A stretch of 64,000 nucleotides of DNA from an uncultured archaeon (GCA_964427715.1 CAYRUV010000002.1:149663-213662); one strand, 5' to 3'; shown: positions 1 to 9,754, counted from the first letter of the stretch. The notes: generated by a model not told the origin, from the letters alone. Translations and numbers: made by a program.

Positions 1-450
1 GAGGCAGGGGGCAATGGACTCAAGGGCTTGATAGCAAATGATGGGGTCCTTCGTCAGGCGTGCGACGTGGCGGTAACAGTTCTGCTGTTCTATGGTATTC
101 TGCAGTGCCACACATTTCGCGGTGGCATCGAACGCCTCAGGGTGGGCATTTGCACACAGTTTTTGCGTAGCGAAGTCGTTCATCTGGAGGCAAAATGAAC
201 CATTGGTACTCGCATCGGCAAGGCCGCTCCAGCAGGCATCTTTGGTGGTGGGACTAGTAATGTTTTCGCAGTAGGACCCGTTCTTTTCAGCAGCGGCCTT
301 GTCCTTGTAGCACGTGTCCTTGGACGTGGAGTCCGTGAATGCATCGCAGGCTACCGCATTGGGGGTCTGGTCGGGACTCACGAATATCTGGTCGAGGCAT
401 CCTGAAAAAACCAACAATAGGAGGAGGGCTCCGCTCAATAATAGGCGCAT
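1..450 (-). CDS. Cys-rich repeat lipoprotein, partial (C-terminal part lies beyond the window start)
   Basis: Absent from the ORF track because no stop falls inside the window. Hand translation of the minus strand from ATG 450..448 gives MRLLLSGALLLLLVFSGC (lipobox). This is followed by ~20-25 aa units, each with a Cys pair (KDTCYKD..SYCENI, KDACWSG..SFCLQM, QKLCANA..AKCVAL, QQNCYRH..IICYQAL). The frame stays open to nt 1. Confidence 0.5.
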   Translation of the reverse strand, partial: MRLLLSGALLLLLVFSGCLDQIFVSPDQTPNAVACDAFTDSTSKDTCYKDKAAAEKNGSYCENITSPTTKDACWSGLADASTNGSFCLQMNDFATQKLCANAHPEAFDATAKCVALQNTIEQQNCYRHVARLTKDPIICYQALESIAPCL

Positions 451-491
451 GCATCTCCAACCCGGCGGGCATATTTAAGGCTAGGTCAGGC

Positions 492-1004
492 TCAAGCTAT
501 CCATCCCACGAGGAAGGCCCACCCGACTCGGGCCAAAAGGGTGAGGTCCACCGCCCAGACGGCGAGGGACCCAATGATGGCAAAGGGCCAGACGAGAATG
601 TACCAAACCGACTTGACGATTTTTGTTCCTATTCCTCGCGGGCTGGACCATAATTCTGCGAGTCGGCGGGAAATCGCCTCCGAAATATTCACCATGTCGG
701 GGTGAGAGGGGATGGAATGGAATGCGATGGAGAATCCCAGCCACGCAGTCAGGGCGGCCAATAGAATATCCGTGTCCACCACTTCTTTGGCGTATGAAAA
801 AAGAACAAAGGAAAGAATTCCCCCCAAGATGAGGGGGGCCACGCTGATGAGTACGCTAGAACGTAAATTACTGGCGCGATGCACCACTTTTCCAGAGCGT
901 GAATGAACTTCGATGCGATGAATGGGGACGCCGCTCACCATGCATGCCAATGCGTGGGCCAGTTCATGGACCCACACTCCTGGAAAGAGAATGTCCACCC
1001 ACAC
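492..1004 (-). CDS. Polytopic membrane protein with N-terminal HExxH (putative membrane zincin, S2P/DUF3267-like)
   Basis: 170-aa ORF. HELAH lies at residues 13-17 (VWVHELAHALAC), followed by several hydrophobic helices. It sits 3 nt downstream of the wHTH gene on the same strand. Confidence 0.55.
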   Translation of the reverse strand: MWVDILFPGVWVHELAHALACMVSGVPIHRIEVHSRSGKVVHRASNLRSSVLISVAPLILGGILSFVLFSYAKEVVDTDILLAALTAWLGFSIAFHSIPSHPDMVNISEAISRRLAELWSSPRGIGTKIVKSVWYILVWPFAIIGSLAVWAVDLTLLARVGWAFLVGWIA

Positions 1005-1007
1005 GTG

Positions 1008-1454
1008 TCATTCCTTCCGGGGCGAGGCGTTTTCCCATTCCATTCCAAATGCGCGATCAATCTCTCGTGCGGTTTCTTCCATGCGATCGAAGATTCGCTT
1101 GATGTCCTCTTCCACCTCTTGGATGGTTCGGACCATGCTACGAGAACGTGCGAAATAATTCCGTCCTTGTTTAACGACGAGTCCTGCAAGTTGGAGATTA
1201 TTCAAGTGGTGGATGACTGCGCCCCGGGAAAGGTTGATTTTTTCCGAAAGAGTGGTGGAGGAAATTCCCTTTCCCGTTTCGGTGGCTCTCACGACTTCCT
1301 TGAAAATGTCCACGGTGGCCTTGTCCTTGTTGATGGGGCTCAGTCCCAATGATTGGCAAAGCCATTCCATTTCATTCTCGGGGCTCCGTTCAAAGGGAGG
1401 TTCAATCCTGCGAATGATGATCCGGAAGGACGCCTGGCGAACCGATGGGGGCAT
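1008..1454 (-). CDS. Winged-helix (ArsR/TrmB-like) transcription regulator
   Basis: HTH-like core GISSTTLSEKINLSRGAVIHHLNNLQLAGLVVKQGRNYF. I trimmed the track ORF (1008..1745) to the internal ATG at 1454 (MPPSVRQ...), because the longer form overlaps the divergent + strand gene and the A/T-rich promoter region. Confidence 0.6.
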   Translation of the reverse strand: MPPSVRQASFRIIIRRIEPPFERSPENEMEWLCQSLGLSPINKDKATVDIFKEVVRATETGKGISSTTLSEKINLSRGAVIHHLNNLQLAGLVVKQGRNYFARSRSMVRTIQEVEEDIKRIFDRMEETAREIDRAFGMEWENASPRKE

Positions 1455-1544
1455 ATCCGGATTCAGTCGCGAAACCCTTAAAAATACTATGACTAAGAAA
1501 ACCATTAAATGTCTAAAATAATTAGACAAAATGAGGTATTTCCT

Positions 1545-1904
1545 ATGGCCCGCGCATATCACATCGGTAAAATCGCCCAATTGTTCACGAAGGGAAAGCA
1601 CGCCAGCGTGGCGGATCCCAGCATCCAAGCTCTCGTGGAGATGTGGGACGACGGGGTCATGATTGTGGATGTTCACCCCGCGCTGAATGAGAACGCGGAG
1701 AAAGGAAAATACGCGCTCATCTGCTATGAGTTTCAAACCCCCCAACTCTCAACGAATACCATTGTCAAACTCTTGGATGGGGATGCCGGCGATGAAACGT
1801 GGAAGCGAATGAAGCAGTTCCACGAACGAAGAAAGAAAGCCATGGCGGTCGCCCAAGGAATGGAAAGTCCCGAGGCACAAATGGACGGACGGATGGTCCG
1901 CTGA
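1545..1904 (+). CDS. Hypothetical protein upstream of grpE (119 aa from MARAYHIGK)
   Basis: The ORF track gives 1509..1904. The ATG at 1545 is preceded by GAGGT 8 nt upstream and by A/T boxes at 1476-1525. The gene ends 12 nt before grpE. I recognised no family. Confidence 0.5.
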   Translation: MARAYHIGKIAQLFTKGKHASVADPSIQALVEMWDDGVMIVDVHPALNENAEKGKYALICYEFQTPQLSTNTIVKLLDGDAGDETWKRMKQFHERRKKAMAVAQGMESPEAQMDGRMVR

Positions 1905-1916
1905 AGGTGAACACGT

Positions 1917-2414
1917 ATGAGTGAATCGCATACGGAGAAAAAACCTGTCGAGCAGGACGCCACGCAGGAGTTGACTCAAACCCTGCAGCGTGTCCAAGCT
2001 GACTTTGAGAATTATCGCAAGCGGACGCAGAATGAGTTCAACCAACACTACACACGAGGAAAGGCTGCCGCGTTCAAGGAAATGCTCGCGTTCGCGGACA
2101 CACTGGATGCGGCCGTATCGCAAGTCAAGGATGCGCATCGCGGGGATTTGGAAAAACTCCGCACGCAACTGTTGCACGTGCTCGCGCAGAATGGGATTAA
2201 GCCCCTCTCTACGAAAGGAAAGACGTTCGATCCCTTCACGAGCGAATGCATCATGCAGGGAAATGACCCTTCGAAGGACGAAGATGTCGTTCTCGAAGAA
2301 TTTCAGACCGGATACACCTTCAACGAGGATGTGTTGCGCCCGGCGAAGGTAAAAGTGAACAAAATTTCACAGGATCACACTCAAACAAACACCAAAGGGG
2401 GAAACACAGTATGA
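1917..2414 (+). CDS. grpE: Nucleotide exchange factor GrpE
   Basis: ADFENYRKR motif and a C-terminal beta-domain (FDPF..H.A, GY.....VLRPAKV). The stop overlaps the dnaK start (ATGA at 2411-2414). Confidence 0.9.
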   Translation: MSESHTEKKPVEQDATQELTQTLQRVQADFENYRKRTQNEFNQHYTRGKAAAFKEMLAFADTLDAAVSQVKDAHRGDLEKLRTQLLHVLAQNGIKPLSTKGKTFDPFTSECIMQGNDPSKDEDVVLEEFQTGYTFNEDVLRPAKVKVNKISQDHTQTNTKGGNTV

Positions 2415-4276
2415 GTAAAATTATTGGAATCGATTTAGGAACAAGTAATTCAGCCGCTGCCGTATTAGAAGGGGGAAAGCCGCGCATCATTCCGAGTGCA
2501 GAAGGAAACACCCTCTATGGGAAGGCCTTTCCCTCCGTCGTGGCATTCACGAAAGACGGGCAGGTCCTTGTTGGAGAACCTGCACGTCGACAAGCCGTGT
2601 CGAATCCGGAAGGAACGGTCATGGCCGCGAAGCGAAAGATGGGGACCAATCACACGTACAAAATCCACGGAAAAGAATACACTCCGCAACAAATCTCCGC
2701 TTTCATACTGCAGAAGATCAAGAAAGACTCCGAAGCATTCCTGGGGGAGAAAGTCGACAAGGCCGTGATTACCGTCCCTGCGTACTTTGATGATAACCAG
2801 CGACAGGCCACGAAGGATGCGGGAAAAATCGCCGGGTTAGATGTCATTCGTATTGTGAATGAGCCCACGGCCGCGAGCTTAGCGTATGGTCTGGACAAGA
2901 AAGGAACGGAGCAAAAAATCCTCGTCTTCGATTTAGGGGGAGGAACCCTCGATGTTACCGTAATGGAATTCGGTGATGGCGTGTTTGAGGTCAAATCCAC
3001 GTCCGGGGACACTCAATTGGGTGGAACCGACATGGATCAGGTTCTCATCCAGTACATCGTCTCCGAATACCAGCGCACGGATCGCGTGGACTTGTCGAAG
3101 GACAAGGTTGCCATGCAGCGTGTACGCGAAGCAGCCGAAAAAGCGAAGATTGAGCTCTCCACCACCCTTGAGACGGAAATCAATCTTCCCTATGTCACGG
3201 CCGACGCCAGCGGGCCCAAGCATTTGGTGATGAAGTTGAATCGCGCCAAGTTGGAAGAGCTCGTTTCTCCCATCGTGAAGCGCTGCGAGAAACCCGTGAA
3301 TCAAGCCCTGGCGGATGCCAAGTTGCTTCCGGCCGACATTTCTCGCGTCATCATGGTCGGCGGGCCCACACGCATGCCGATTGTGCAGAAGTTCGTGGAC
3401 AAGATCCTCGGAACGAAGACCGAACACGGAGTCGATCCCATGGAATGTGTGGCAATGGGAGCCGCGGTGCAAGCCGGAGTGTTGAGCGGGGAAATCAAGG
3501 ATGTTCTCTTGCTCGATGTGACCCCTTTGAGTTTAGGAATTGAAACTCTTGGGGGAGTCATGACGAAGCTGGTGGAGCGTAACACCACCGTGCCTCACAA
3601 GAAAAGTCAAACCTTTTCAACCGCTGCGGATAATCAGCCGGCCGTGGAGATCAAGGTCTTCCAAGGTGAGCGCGCCATGGCCCATGACAACAAGTTGTTG
3701 GGAACATTCGTTCTGCAGGGAATTCCTCCCGCTCCGCGAGGCGTGCCGCAGATTGAGGTCACGTTTGACTTGGATGCGAATGGAATTCTCCACGTTTCCG
3801 CCAAGGATTTAGGAACGGGAAAGGAACAGCGTATTCAGATCATGGCGGCGAACAAGCTGGATGAGAAGGAAGTCCAGCGCATGCAGAAGCAAGCCGAGGA
3901 ATTCGCGGAGGCCGATAAGCAGCGCAAAGAGGAAGTCGAGACCGTAAATCAGGCCGATCAGACGGTGTATCAGACCGAGAAGATGATGGAGGAGAACAAA
4001 GACAAGATCTCCGCCTCCACCAAAGGAAAGATCGAATCGGGATTGAAGGAACTGAAGGACATCCTCGGACAAGAACCTAAGCCCGTGGCCAAGCTCAAGT
4101 CTCGATTGGAGCAGTTCAATAAGGACCTCATGGCCATCGGTCAAGAAATTTACCAGAAGGGCGGAAACCCCTCTGGAAATCCTGCGCAGGGAGGAACCAA
4201 TGAAGAAGAAAATGGACCCACTGACGCCGTGGATGCGGATTACACCGTCCACGACGAAGACAAAGGGAAAAACTAA
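2411..4276 (+). CDS. dnaK: Hsp70 chaperone DnaK
   Basis: 621 aa. Motifs [19 protein letters not shown] and VGGPTRMP, plus a C-terminal lid. Confidence 0.97.
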   Translation: MSKIIGIDLGTSNSAAAVLEGGKPRIIPSAEGNTLYGKAFPSVVAFTKDGQVLVGEPARRQAVSNPEGTVMAAKRKMGTNHTYKIHGKEYTPQQISAFILQKIKKDSEAFLGEKVDKAVITVPAYFDDNQRQATKDAGKIAGLDVIRIVNEPTAASLAYGLDKKGTEQKILVFDLGGGTLDVTVMEFGDGVFEVKSTSGDTQLGGTDMDQVLIQYIVSEYQRTDRVDLSKDKVAMQRVREAAEKAKIELSTTLETEINLPYVTADASGPKHLVMKLNRAKLEELVSPIVKRCEKPVNQALADAKLLPADISRVIMVGGPTRMPIVQKFVDKILGTKTEHGVDPMECVAMGAAVQAGVLSGEIKDVLLLDVTPLSLGIETLGGVMTKLVERNTTVPHKKSQTFSTAADNQPAVEIKVFQGERAMAHDNKLLGTFVLQGIPPAPRGVPQIEVTFDLDANGILHVSAKDLGTGKEQRIQIMAANKLDEKEVQRMQKQAEEFAEADKQRKEEVETVNQADQTVYQTEKMMEENKDKISASTKGKIESGLKELKDILGQEPKPVAKLKSRLEQFNKDLMAIGQEIYQKGGNPSGNPAQGGTNEEENGPTDAVDADYTVHDEDKGKN

Positions 4277-4361
4277 TCCAAGGCACGTGTACAGGCCTCA
4301 TGAGGCGGCCTGAGCACTCCCTTAAATCCCTTTATTTCATTTTCAAGCAGGAATGAGGCAC

Positions 4362-5507
4362 ATGGCGAGCAAAGACTACTATCACATCCTGGGAGTAAGC
4401 AAGACCGCCTCCGCGGACGAGATTAAATCCGCGTACAAGAAACTCGCGAAGCAATGGCACCCGGACGTGAACAAGTCTCCTAATGCGAGTGAGAAGTTCA
4501 AAGAAATCAACGAAGCCTACTCTGCATTATCGGATCCCCAAAAACGACAAACCTACGATCAGTTCGGCAGCGAAGGAATGAACGGAGGATTCTCTGGGTT
4601 TGGTCAAGGTGCTCCGGGAGGATTTGACTTCTCGGATTTCTTCGGAGGAAACACGGGCGGATTTGGCAACATGGATGAATTGCTCCGCCAAGCATTCGGG
4701 GGAGAATTTTATTCTGAAAATAGGGGACGATCCACACAACCCTTGCATATTCGCACGGACATCGAGCTCGATTTCGAAGAGGCCGCATTTGGTGCCACGA
4801 AAACTATTCGCCTCGTGCGCAACGATGACTGCGACACGTGCCAAGGAACGGGCAGTTCAACCGGAAAAAAGGAAACCTGCTCCACGTGTAAAGGACGAGG
4901 AATGCACACGCAAGTTAAGCGCACTCCCTTTGGAATGTTTCAAACCACGGGGCCGTGTCCTTCCTGTCATGGAACGGGCCACACGATTCAAGATCCGTGT
5001 AAGTCGTGCAAAGGAAAAGGAGTCCTACCGAATGAAACCAAAATTGAAGTGAAAATTCCTGCTGGAGTGGATACGGGAAACCATTTACGCATCGCCAAGC
5101 AAGGACACTCTTCCGAAGGAAAGAAGGGAGATGTGTATGTGGTGTTGCACGTGCGACCGCATGAATTATTCCGACGGGACGGAAATGATATCTATCTCGA
5201 GCAGCCTATCTCGTATGCGGATGCCGTGTTGGGCGGAGACGTCGAGGTTCCCATTTTAGGAGGAAAGACGGCCACGCTGCACGTTCCTTCCCACACGAAG
5301 CCGGGGACCGTGTTCCGGTTGAAAGGAAATGGGATCAAGTTCCTCAATGAGGACGACCACGGCGACCAATACGTACGCGTGGAAATTCGCATCCCCGAAA
5401 AGGTCAGTGCGGAGGAGAAGGAGTTCCTCGAGAAGATGCGCTCTTCTAGTCATCCTCCCTCTGAGAAGCCCAAGAAGGGCAAAAAGAAGGGCTTTTTCGG
5501 AATCTGA
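4362..5507 (+). CDS. dnaJ: Hsp40 co-chaperone DnaJ
   Basis: J-domain DYYHILGV...HPD, a G/F-rich linker, and four CxxCxGxG motifs (CDTCQGTG, CSTCKGRG, CPSCHGTG, CKSCKGKG). The alternative start at 4353 adds 3 aa. The C-terminus is Lys-rich. Confidence 0.93.
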   Translation: MASKDYYHILGVSKTASADEIKSAYKKLAKQWHPDVNKSPNASEKFKEINEAYSALSDPQKRQTYDQFGSEGMNGGFSGFGQGAPGGFDFSDFFGGNTGGFGNMDELLRQAFGGEFYSENRGRSTQPLHIRTDIELDFEEAAFGATKTIRLVRNDDCDTCQGTGSSTGKKETCSTCKGRGMHTQVKRTPFGMFQTTGPCPSCHGTGHTIQDPCKSCKGKGVLPNETKIEVKIPAGVDTGNHLRIAKQGHSSEGKKGDVYVVLHVRPHELFRRDGNDIYLEQPISYADAVLGGDVEVPILGGKTATLHVPSHTKPGTVFRLKGNGIKFLNEDDHGDQYVRVEIRIPEKVSAEEKEFLEKMRSSSHPPSEKPKKGKKKGFFGI

Positions 5508-5535
5508 GGGGTTTTGCCCGCGTCTGCAGATTCAA

Positions 5536-5547
5536 GGTTTTAATCCC
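5536..5547 (+). promoter_or_regulatory. BRE/TATA-like box GGTTTTAATCCC, ~21 nt upstream of the valS ATG (implies a leaderless mRNA)
   Basis: A/T box at the spacing expected for an archaeal TATA if transcription starts at the ATG. The identical 12-mer recurs at 46425-46436 upstream of the DEAD-box gene. Confidence 0.4.
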
Positions 5548-5567
5548 TTTGCACCCGACTCCTAGTT

Positions 5568-7958
5568 ATGCCCGCATTAGAGTCTAAGCACTGGGAAAAG
5601 TCCTTTGAAACCCCTATTATTGAAAAGTGGAAATATGAGAAGGCCTATACCTTTGATGAAAACGCGCAAACCAAACCCGTATTTTCAATCGACACCCCTC
5701 CTCCGTATGTGAATTCCCCTGTGCACATGGGACACGCGGCAACGTACACGATCATGGACTTCTTCGCGCGCTACAAGCGAATGAATGGTTTTCGCGTGTT
5801 ATTTCCTTTAGGAATGGATCGCAATGGATTGCCCATTGAAACGGCTGCCGAGAAAAAATTCAAGGTTCGTTTGCATGAAGTAGAGCGAGAAAAGTTCCTA
5901 GAGATGTGCAAGACCGTGCTGAATGAGAGCAGCGGGATTTCTATCAATTCTTTTTATCGATTGGGCCACTCGTACAATTCCTGGAACGTGGGAAAGAAGC
6001 TCGGGGACATGTATGAAACCGATAGTGTGGAGTATCGCACCCTCACGCAGGATACGTTCATTGATTTATGGAAAAAAGGGTTAGTGTATGAGGATTCACG
6101 CCTCAACAATTACTGCCCCGGATGCCGAACCACTCTTTCGGATTCTGAAATTATTCGCGGGGAGAAAGAAACGTTCCTGAATCAGGTTATTTTCACTGAA
6201 ACAACCACCAACGAAAAACTCATCATCGCCACGACGCGACCCGAGCTCTTGTGTACGGCGGCGATTATTCTATTCAATCCCTCCGACAAGCGATATTTAC
6301 ACTTGGAAGGAAAGAAGGCTCGCGTTCCTATTTACGATTTTGAAATTCCCATCATCTCCCACCCGATGGCCGATCCGGCATTTGGTACGGGATTGGTGTA
6401 CATGTCCCGCTCCGCCGGAGACACGGATGCGATTCGTTTCTTGATTGAGATGGGCATTGACTCCCAATCCTGTATCGATGAGACCGGACGCCTCACGGAA
6501 GTGGCGGGCATCCTGAAGGGATTGAAAACCAAAGAAGGGAGAGAAAAAATCATCGAAATGATGAAAGAAAAAGGACTGCTGGTCAAGCAAGAGAAGATCA
6601 TGCACTCCGTTCCCTTGTGTGAGCGCAGCAAGGATGTCATTGAGTTCATCTCCATGCCCGAGTTGTACGTGAAGCAGACGCACGTGAAGAAGGAAATGCT
6701 CAACCTCGCGAATGATTTGCACTTTCACGCCTCCGAATCGAGACAAATCCTCACAGATTGGATTCAGAATGTCAAGATTGATTGGCCCGTTTCCCGAAGA
6801 CGCTATTACGGGACGGAAATCCCCTTGTGGTATTGCGGAAAGTGTAAACATGCGTATGTCCCCCCCAAGGGAAAGTATCACCAACCCTGGAAGGAAAAAT
6901 GCCCCGCTTCCACGTGTGAAAAATGCGGCCACGCCGAGTTTGTAGGGGAAAAACGCGTCTTTGACACGTGGTTCGACTCGTCTAACTCCGCGGCGTATGT
7001 GTTAGGCAAGGGCCGCCAGGATGCGTTCTTCGAGAAGCACCAACCCTGTACGTTGCGTCCGCAGGGAAAAGAAATCATCCGAACGTGGCTGTATTATTCC
7101 ATGCTCAAGCACTATTTGCTGCACGAAAAACGATTATTCGACCACGCGTGGATTAACTATCACATTTTGGACGAAAAAGGAATCAAGATGTCCAAGTCTT
7201 TAGGGAATGTTATTGACCCCATCGAAGTATTGGACAAGTTTGGTGCCGAACCCTTCCGATTGTGGATCGCACTCGAGGGAAATCTCTCCTCGACGGATTT
7301 GAGTTGTAGCTTTGCACGCATTGAAGGGGCGGGAAAGACCCTCACCAAGTTTTGGAACGTGGCTCGATTCGTGGGGGCGTTTGAGAAACCTTCAAGTAAA
7401 CCTAAATTGCAACCGCTGGATCATTGGATATTGAACGAGTTGAACCAAGTCATTGAGATTTCTCGAAAGGGATTCGAACACTACGATTATCATTCTCCCG
7501 CCTCGGCGATGCGTAACTTTTTGTGGGAAACGTTCGCCTCGCACTACTTGGAACTGGCGAAGAACCGCGCCTACAATGAAGGAAAAGAATTCTCAGATGA
7601 AGAAAGCGCCGCTGCGCGATGGACACTCCATCATGTGCTTGACACGTTGCTCGTGCTGTTTGCTCCCATCATTCCCTTGTTTACTCATTACGTGTATGCA
7701 TCACGCCACGAGAAGGACATTCACCGCGAGTCTTACCCTTCGGCCTATGATGTGGCTCCGGTGGATTTCACGGGAGAGGAACTAATGGCCCTGAATTCTC
7801 TCATCTGGAAGGCCAAGCGAGAAAGCGGGGGAAATCTAAAGACTCCTTTGAAGTCCGCCACCTTACCAACGGAGTTCGCTTCGATTGAACGCGACCTGAA
7901 AGGGGCGCATTCCATCCATTCCCTTTCATGGGGTGCCGGTCCCAAGCTAGAACTTTAA
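5568..7958 (+). CDS. valS: Class I aminoacyl-tRNA synthetase, most likely valyl-tRNA synthetase
   Basis: PPPYVNSPVHMGH (HIGH-type), DRNGLPIE and KMSKSLGNVIDP. The 796-aa length and motif context resemble archaeal ValRS more than Leu/IleRS. Confidence 0.75.
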   Translation: MPALESKHWEKSFETPIIEKWKYEKAYTFDENAQTKPVFSIDTPPPYVNSPVHMGHAATYTIMDFFARYKRMNGFRVLFPLGMDRNGLPIETAAEKKFKVRLHEVEREKFLEMCKTVLNESSGISINSFYRLGHSYNSWNVGKKLGDMYETDSVEYRTLTQDTFIDLWKKGLVYEDSRLNNYCPGCRTTLSDSEIIRGEKETFLNQVIFTETTTNEKLIIATTRPELLCTAAIILFNPSDKRYLHLEGKKARVPIYDFEIPIISHPMADPAFGTGLVYMSRSAGDTDAIRFLIEMGIDSQSCIDETGRLTEVAGILKGLKTKEGREKIIEMMKEKGLLVKQEKIMHSVPLCERSKDVIEFISMPELYVKQTHVKKEMLNLANDLHFHASESRQILTDWIQNVKIDWPVSRRRYYGTEIPLWYCGKCKHAYVPPKGKYHQPWKEKCPASTCEKCGHAEFVGEKRVFDTWFDSSNSAAYVLGKGRQDAFFEKHQPCTLRPQGKEIIRTWLYYSMLKHYLLHEKRLFDHAWINYHILDEKGIKMSKSLGNVIDPIEVLDKFGAEPFRLWIALEGNLSSTDLSCSFARIEGAGKTLTKFWNVARFVGAFEKPSSKPKLQPLDHWILNELNQVIEISRKGFEHYDYHSPASAMRNFLWETFASHYLELAKNRAYNEGKEFSDEESAAARWTLHHVLDTLLVLFAPIIPLFTHYVYASRHEKDIHRESYPSAYDVAPVDFTGEELMALNSLIWKAKRESGGNLKTPLKSATLPTEFASIERDLKGAHSIHSLSWGAGPKLEL

Positions 7959-7984
7959 ATAATCCAACCGGCCTATGCCGCTCT

Positions 7985-8548
7985 ATGCGCTCCCCTGTCG
8001 TGATCATTGGGCTCTTAGTCGTTTTGCTCCTCCTTTCCGGGTGTATCCTGGGGTCGGATTCCAAGGGCGTGGCGAACGAGTTGAAAGTGGCCCGCGAAAC
8101 GTATGTCGTTGAAGGGTTGTTGTCCCCTACTACTCCTGAGGATCGTCAGGCCTATCACAATGACCTATTGGTTCTCCGCAAGCGGGTGCAGGAAGGCGGG
8201 GGATTGGAGGCGGGGACGCTCAATGACTATGTGGATGGGAGTCTTTCCCTTTTAGCGATGCATGAATCATTGGCCAAAGGAAATAGTGCTCTTGAAACGG
8301 CTTCCAATACCGTTTTCGATTGTTCAAAATCCGGTTTCGCTGGACAAGCATTACTCTTTTTCCAAGAGGCCAAAGAGTCGAGTCAATCGGCGCATGATTC
8401 CTTTGTCCGGGTACTTGAAAATGCGAGCATGGCCAATGAGTTGGGGGTTAGTTTTCTCCAGAATGCCGTGAGCACCACAGACTCTACTACTCAGGCCTAC
8501 ACGACGCGAATCATTGACATTAAAACGACGTGCGGGCTTCCGATCTGA
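7985..8548 (+). CDS. Secreted lipoprotein, helical, unknown function
   Basis: From the internal ATG at 7985: MRSPVVIIGLLVVLLLLSGC (signal plus lipobox). The track start at 7928 overlaps valS. Confidence 0.55.
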   Translation: MRSPVVIIGLLVVLLLLSGCILGSDSKGVANELKVARETYVVEGLLSPTTPEDRQAYHNDLLVLRKRVQEGGGLEAGTLNDYVDGSLSLLAMHESLAKGNSALETASNTVFDCSKSGFAGQALLFFQEAKESSQSAHDSFVRVLENASMANELGVSFLQNAVSTTDSTTQAYTTRIIDIKTTCGLPI

Positions 8549-8549
8549 G

Positions 8550-9191
8550 ATGACTCCGAAGAACACTATCATTTCTCAAGGAGCCGAGGCCACACTCACA
8601 AAGGCAAAAGTCTTTGGAGAGTGGGTCGTAGAGAAGACCCGCACTCCTAAATCGTATCGCCATCCGGATTTGGACGCAAGACTCAGGAAAGAACGCACCT
8701 CCCACGAGGCACGGATGATGCATGAGGTGAAAAAACTCGGAATTCCGGCTCCTATTTTGTACGCATGGGACGCAGCCTACTGCAAGCTGGTGATGGAATT
8801 CATCAACGGCCCTCGTCTCAAGAATGTATTGCTGCAGAAGGGCGTTTCATTAGCGCGGAAAAAGAAACTATGTGAAGATTTCGGAAAAATCATTGCCACG
8901 ATGCATGTGCATGGATTTGTTCACGGAGACTTGACCACCAGCAATGTGTTGGTGCGAAAGAATGGGAAGAAGGATGAATTGGTCCTTATCGATTTTGGCC
9001 TCTCCAATCATTCCAAGAAACTCGAGGATGTGGCGGTGGATTTGGTGAACCTCAAAAAAACATTCACCGCCACGCATGCCGATTACGAAGAGGGATGGAA
9101 AATTATCCAGAACGCTTACCGCGCCCACGGCGGAAAAGCCTCCGCACTATCCCAAATGGAGAAGGTCGAAGCACGGATACGCTACGCGTAG
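8550..9191 (+). CDS. bud32: KEOPS kinase/ATPase Bud32 (stand-alone)
   Basis: QGAEA.L, HGDLTTSNVLV and LIDFGLS motifs; ~213 aa from MTPKNTII. The ATG sits 2 nt after the upstream stop. Confidence 0.8.
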   Translation: MTPKNTIISQGAEATLTKAKVFGEWVVEKTRTPKSYRHPDLDARLRKERTSHEARMMHEVKKLGIPAPILYAWDAAYCKLVMEFINGPRLKNVLLQKGVSLARKKKLCEDFGKIIATMHVHGFVHGDLTTSNVLVRKNGKKDELVLIDFGLSNHSKKLEDVAVDLVNLKKTFTATHADYEEGWKIIQNAYRAHGGKASALSQMEKVEARIRYA

Positions 9192-9711
9192 GTCCTTGTC
9201 TTCTGGAAACTAACGAACGGACCTGCAGGGGTATTGTGGCCATTGCCTTGTTGTAATCATTCGCAAATGGTTTGAATTTTGGGCCCAATATATCGGACAG
9301 GCGCTTATTCTGCTCTCGGGCATTCGCCATGGACGGATCGGCATTAATCCGGTACATCGCCCACTGCACCTTTTTCTTCAGCAGGGGATCTAGAATTCGA
9401 TTTGCACGAAGGGCGCGCGTGATGGCATGTGCATCCATCTCCATGGCTAATTCTCGTGCCATGAACGTGACTTCTTTCTCGAGGGCCATGGCCTTCTCTA
9501 GTTCTCCCTCTCGAATCAACCGTCGGGCAATCGACAGAGTGTCCTCAATCATGAATGCCTGCTCATAGAATGCCCGGCGGATTTGGGTTTCCGTCAGGGG
9601 TTTACGTGCCCGGCTGGGCATGGTGGCCCACCCCTTGGCTCGTTTCCACAACCTGCGGGTCTTCCGGACTACTATGTTGGAGTCCTTGGCCGGGGTCTCT
9701 TTCGAGGGCAT
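9103..9711 (-). CDS. Hypothetical basic helical protein
   Basis: 202-aa ORF with a protein-like charged/helical composition. A consensus TTTATATA box lies 36-43 nt upstream on its strand. Its 3' end overlaps bud32 by 89 nt. Confidence 0.5.
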   Translation of the reverse strand: MPSKETPAKDSNIVVRKTRRLWKRAKGWATMPSRARKPLTETQIRRAFYEQAFMIEDTLSIARRLIREGELEKAMALEKEVTFMARELAMEMDAHAITRALRANRILDPLLKKKVQWAMYRINADPSMANAREQNKRLSDILGPKFKPFANDYNKAMATIPLQVRSLVSRRQGPTRSVSVLRPSPFGIVRRLFRRGRGKRSG

Positions 9712-9746
9712 ATGGAGGGTATGGCGGGGCCCCCTATAAGGGTGCC

Positions 9747-9754
9747 TATATAAA
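9747..9754 (-). promoter_or_regulatory. TATA box (TTTATATA on the minus strand) for the 9103..9711 gene
   Basis: The + strand reads cctatataaacc, whose reverse complement is TTTATATA. The spacing predicts a TSS about 10 nt before the ATG at 9711. Confidence 0.4.

Noticed and set aside
1455-1745. N-terminal 97-codon extension of the wHTH ORF (track 1008..1745).
   Set aside because: It overlaps the divergent 119-aa gene and the A/T-rich promoter region, and the extension carries no domain. The internal ATG at 1454 gives a typical ~148-aa wHTH protein.
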